IMG/VR virus record: IMGVR_UViG_3300037307_000895
Origin: an uncultured virus (IMG/VR IMGVR_UViG_3300037307_000895)
Lineage: Duplodnaviria; Heunggongvirae; Uroviricota; Caudoviricetes
Length of the DNA: 36,056 nucleotides
Direction: 5' to 3' (one strand)
Part shown: piece after piece, positions 35,742 through 36,056 of the stretch
Layout of the letters: every line of letters starts with the position of its first letter
Position numbering within the stretch: position 1 is the first letter of the stretch
The notes under the pieces: model-generated
What the model saw: the letters and a program-made list of their open reading frames with translations, nothing else
Told to the model about the DNA's origin: nothing
Database searches by the model: none
Made by a program: the position numbers and the translations under genes

Positions 35742-36056
35742 ATGTCTATAATAAAGAAATATCAAACCTATATTGCGGAAAAACAAGAGTTGGTTGGTGG
35801 AAAAGCCGATGATTTAACTTTAATGGAAATCGCTAAAAAGCATCAAGGTTCTGACTCTAAATATATGTTAAATCATCTAAAATCCCAATTAGAAAAAGGA
35901 GTTAAGGTTGAAATGGAACACACTTCTGATATTTCAAAATGTAAAGAAATAGCGATGGATCATTTAACCGAAGATCCTAATTATTATGATAGACTTTCAG
36001 AAATGGAAAAAGATGCCGAAGATGTTGTAACAATACCTAAATGGAATACTTATTAA
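35742..36056 (+). CDS. DUF5661-like protein with leader MSIIKKYQTYIAE
   Basis: GVKVEMEHT...EIAMDHLTEDPNYYDRL motif. Confidence 0.75.
   Translation: MSIIKKYQTYIAEKQELVGGKADDLTLMEIAKKHQGSDSKYMLNHLKSQLEKGVKVEMEHTSDISKCKEIAMDHLTEDPNYYDRLSEMEKDAEDVVTIPKWNTY

Noticed and set aside
1..36056. Stop-codon recoding as in Lak and some crAss-like phages
   Set aside because: Genes are full length in code 11, and TAG (1074-1076, 27604-27606) and TGA end genes at sensible boundaries.
1..36056. Bacterial chromosome origin suggested by ClpC, DnaJ, HU, NrdB and the GT cluster
   Set aside because: Interspersed gp32-, gp13- and gp3-like genes, a GH19 lysin, missing operon partners (dnaK, adjacent nrdA, wzx/wzy) and phage-style promoter motifs fit a large phage better.
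1..36056. tRNA genes, CRISPR arrays, introns, inteins, transposases
   Set aside because: Intergenic gaps are at most about 125 nt and are explained by promoters and terminators. I saw no cloverleaf or repeat-spacer pattern, and NrdB and ClpC have no insertions. A covariance-model search was not possible.

Overview
AT-rich, gene-dense segment that reads as part of a large T4-like (jumbo or huge) myophage genome in the standard genetic code. The host is probably a Bacteroidota member: there is a TTTG-N19-TATATTTG promoter, no Shine-Dalgarno motifs, and Bacteroidota-style ClpC, HU and NrdB. Phage hallmarks are a gp32-like SSB, gp13-like neck protein, gp3-like tail completion protein and GH19 lysin. 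Host-like genes include HU, ClpC without its N-domain, DnaJ, NrdB, GuaC, a PTH2-like protein and an M28 peptidase. A 12.3 kb glycan island (4774-17068) carries GT2s, a GT2-GT6 fusion, two GT11s, GT17, a GT7C-like enzyme, DdhC/RfbH, an RmlD-like reductase and an SDR-cupin-C-methyltransferase fusion. Structure not explained by the ORF list: (1) about 11 copies of a bipartite AAAC-N16/17-WTATWW motif upstream of metabolic, replication and glycan genes; (2) six copies of a TAATATATA-type motif upstream of structural and lysis genes; (3) several proteins under the second motif start with a leader resembling the T4 capsid-targeting sequence, one of them an Acb1-like 2H phosphoesterase, suggesting packaged anti-defence cargo; (4) GT11 plus GT6(AGG), a possible blood-group-A-like glycan pathway; (5) GT2 and GT2-GT6 are separated by a single in-frame TAA. 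All family calls come from motif recognition by eye, not database searches.
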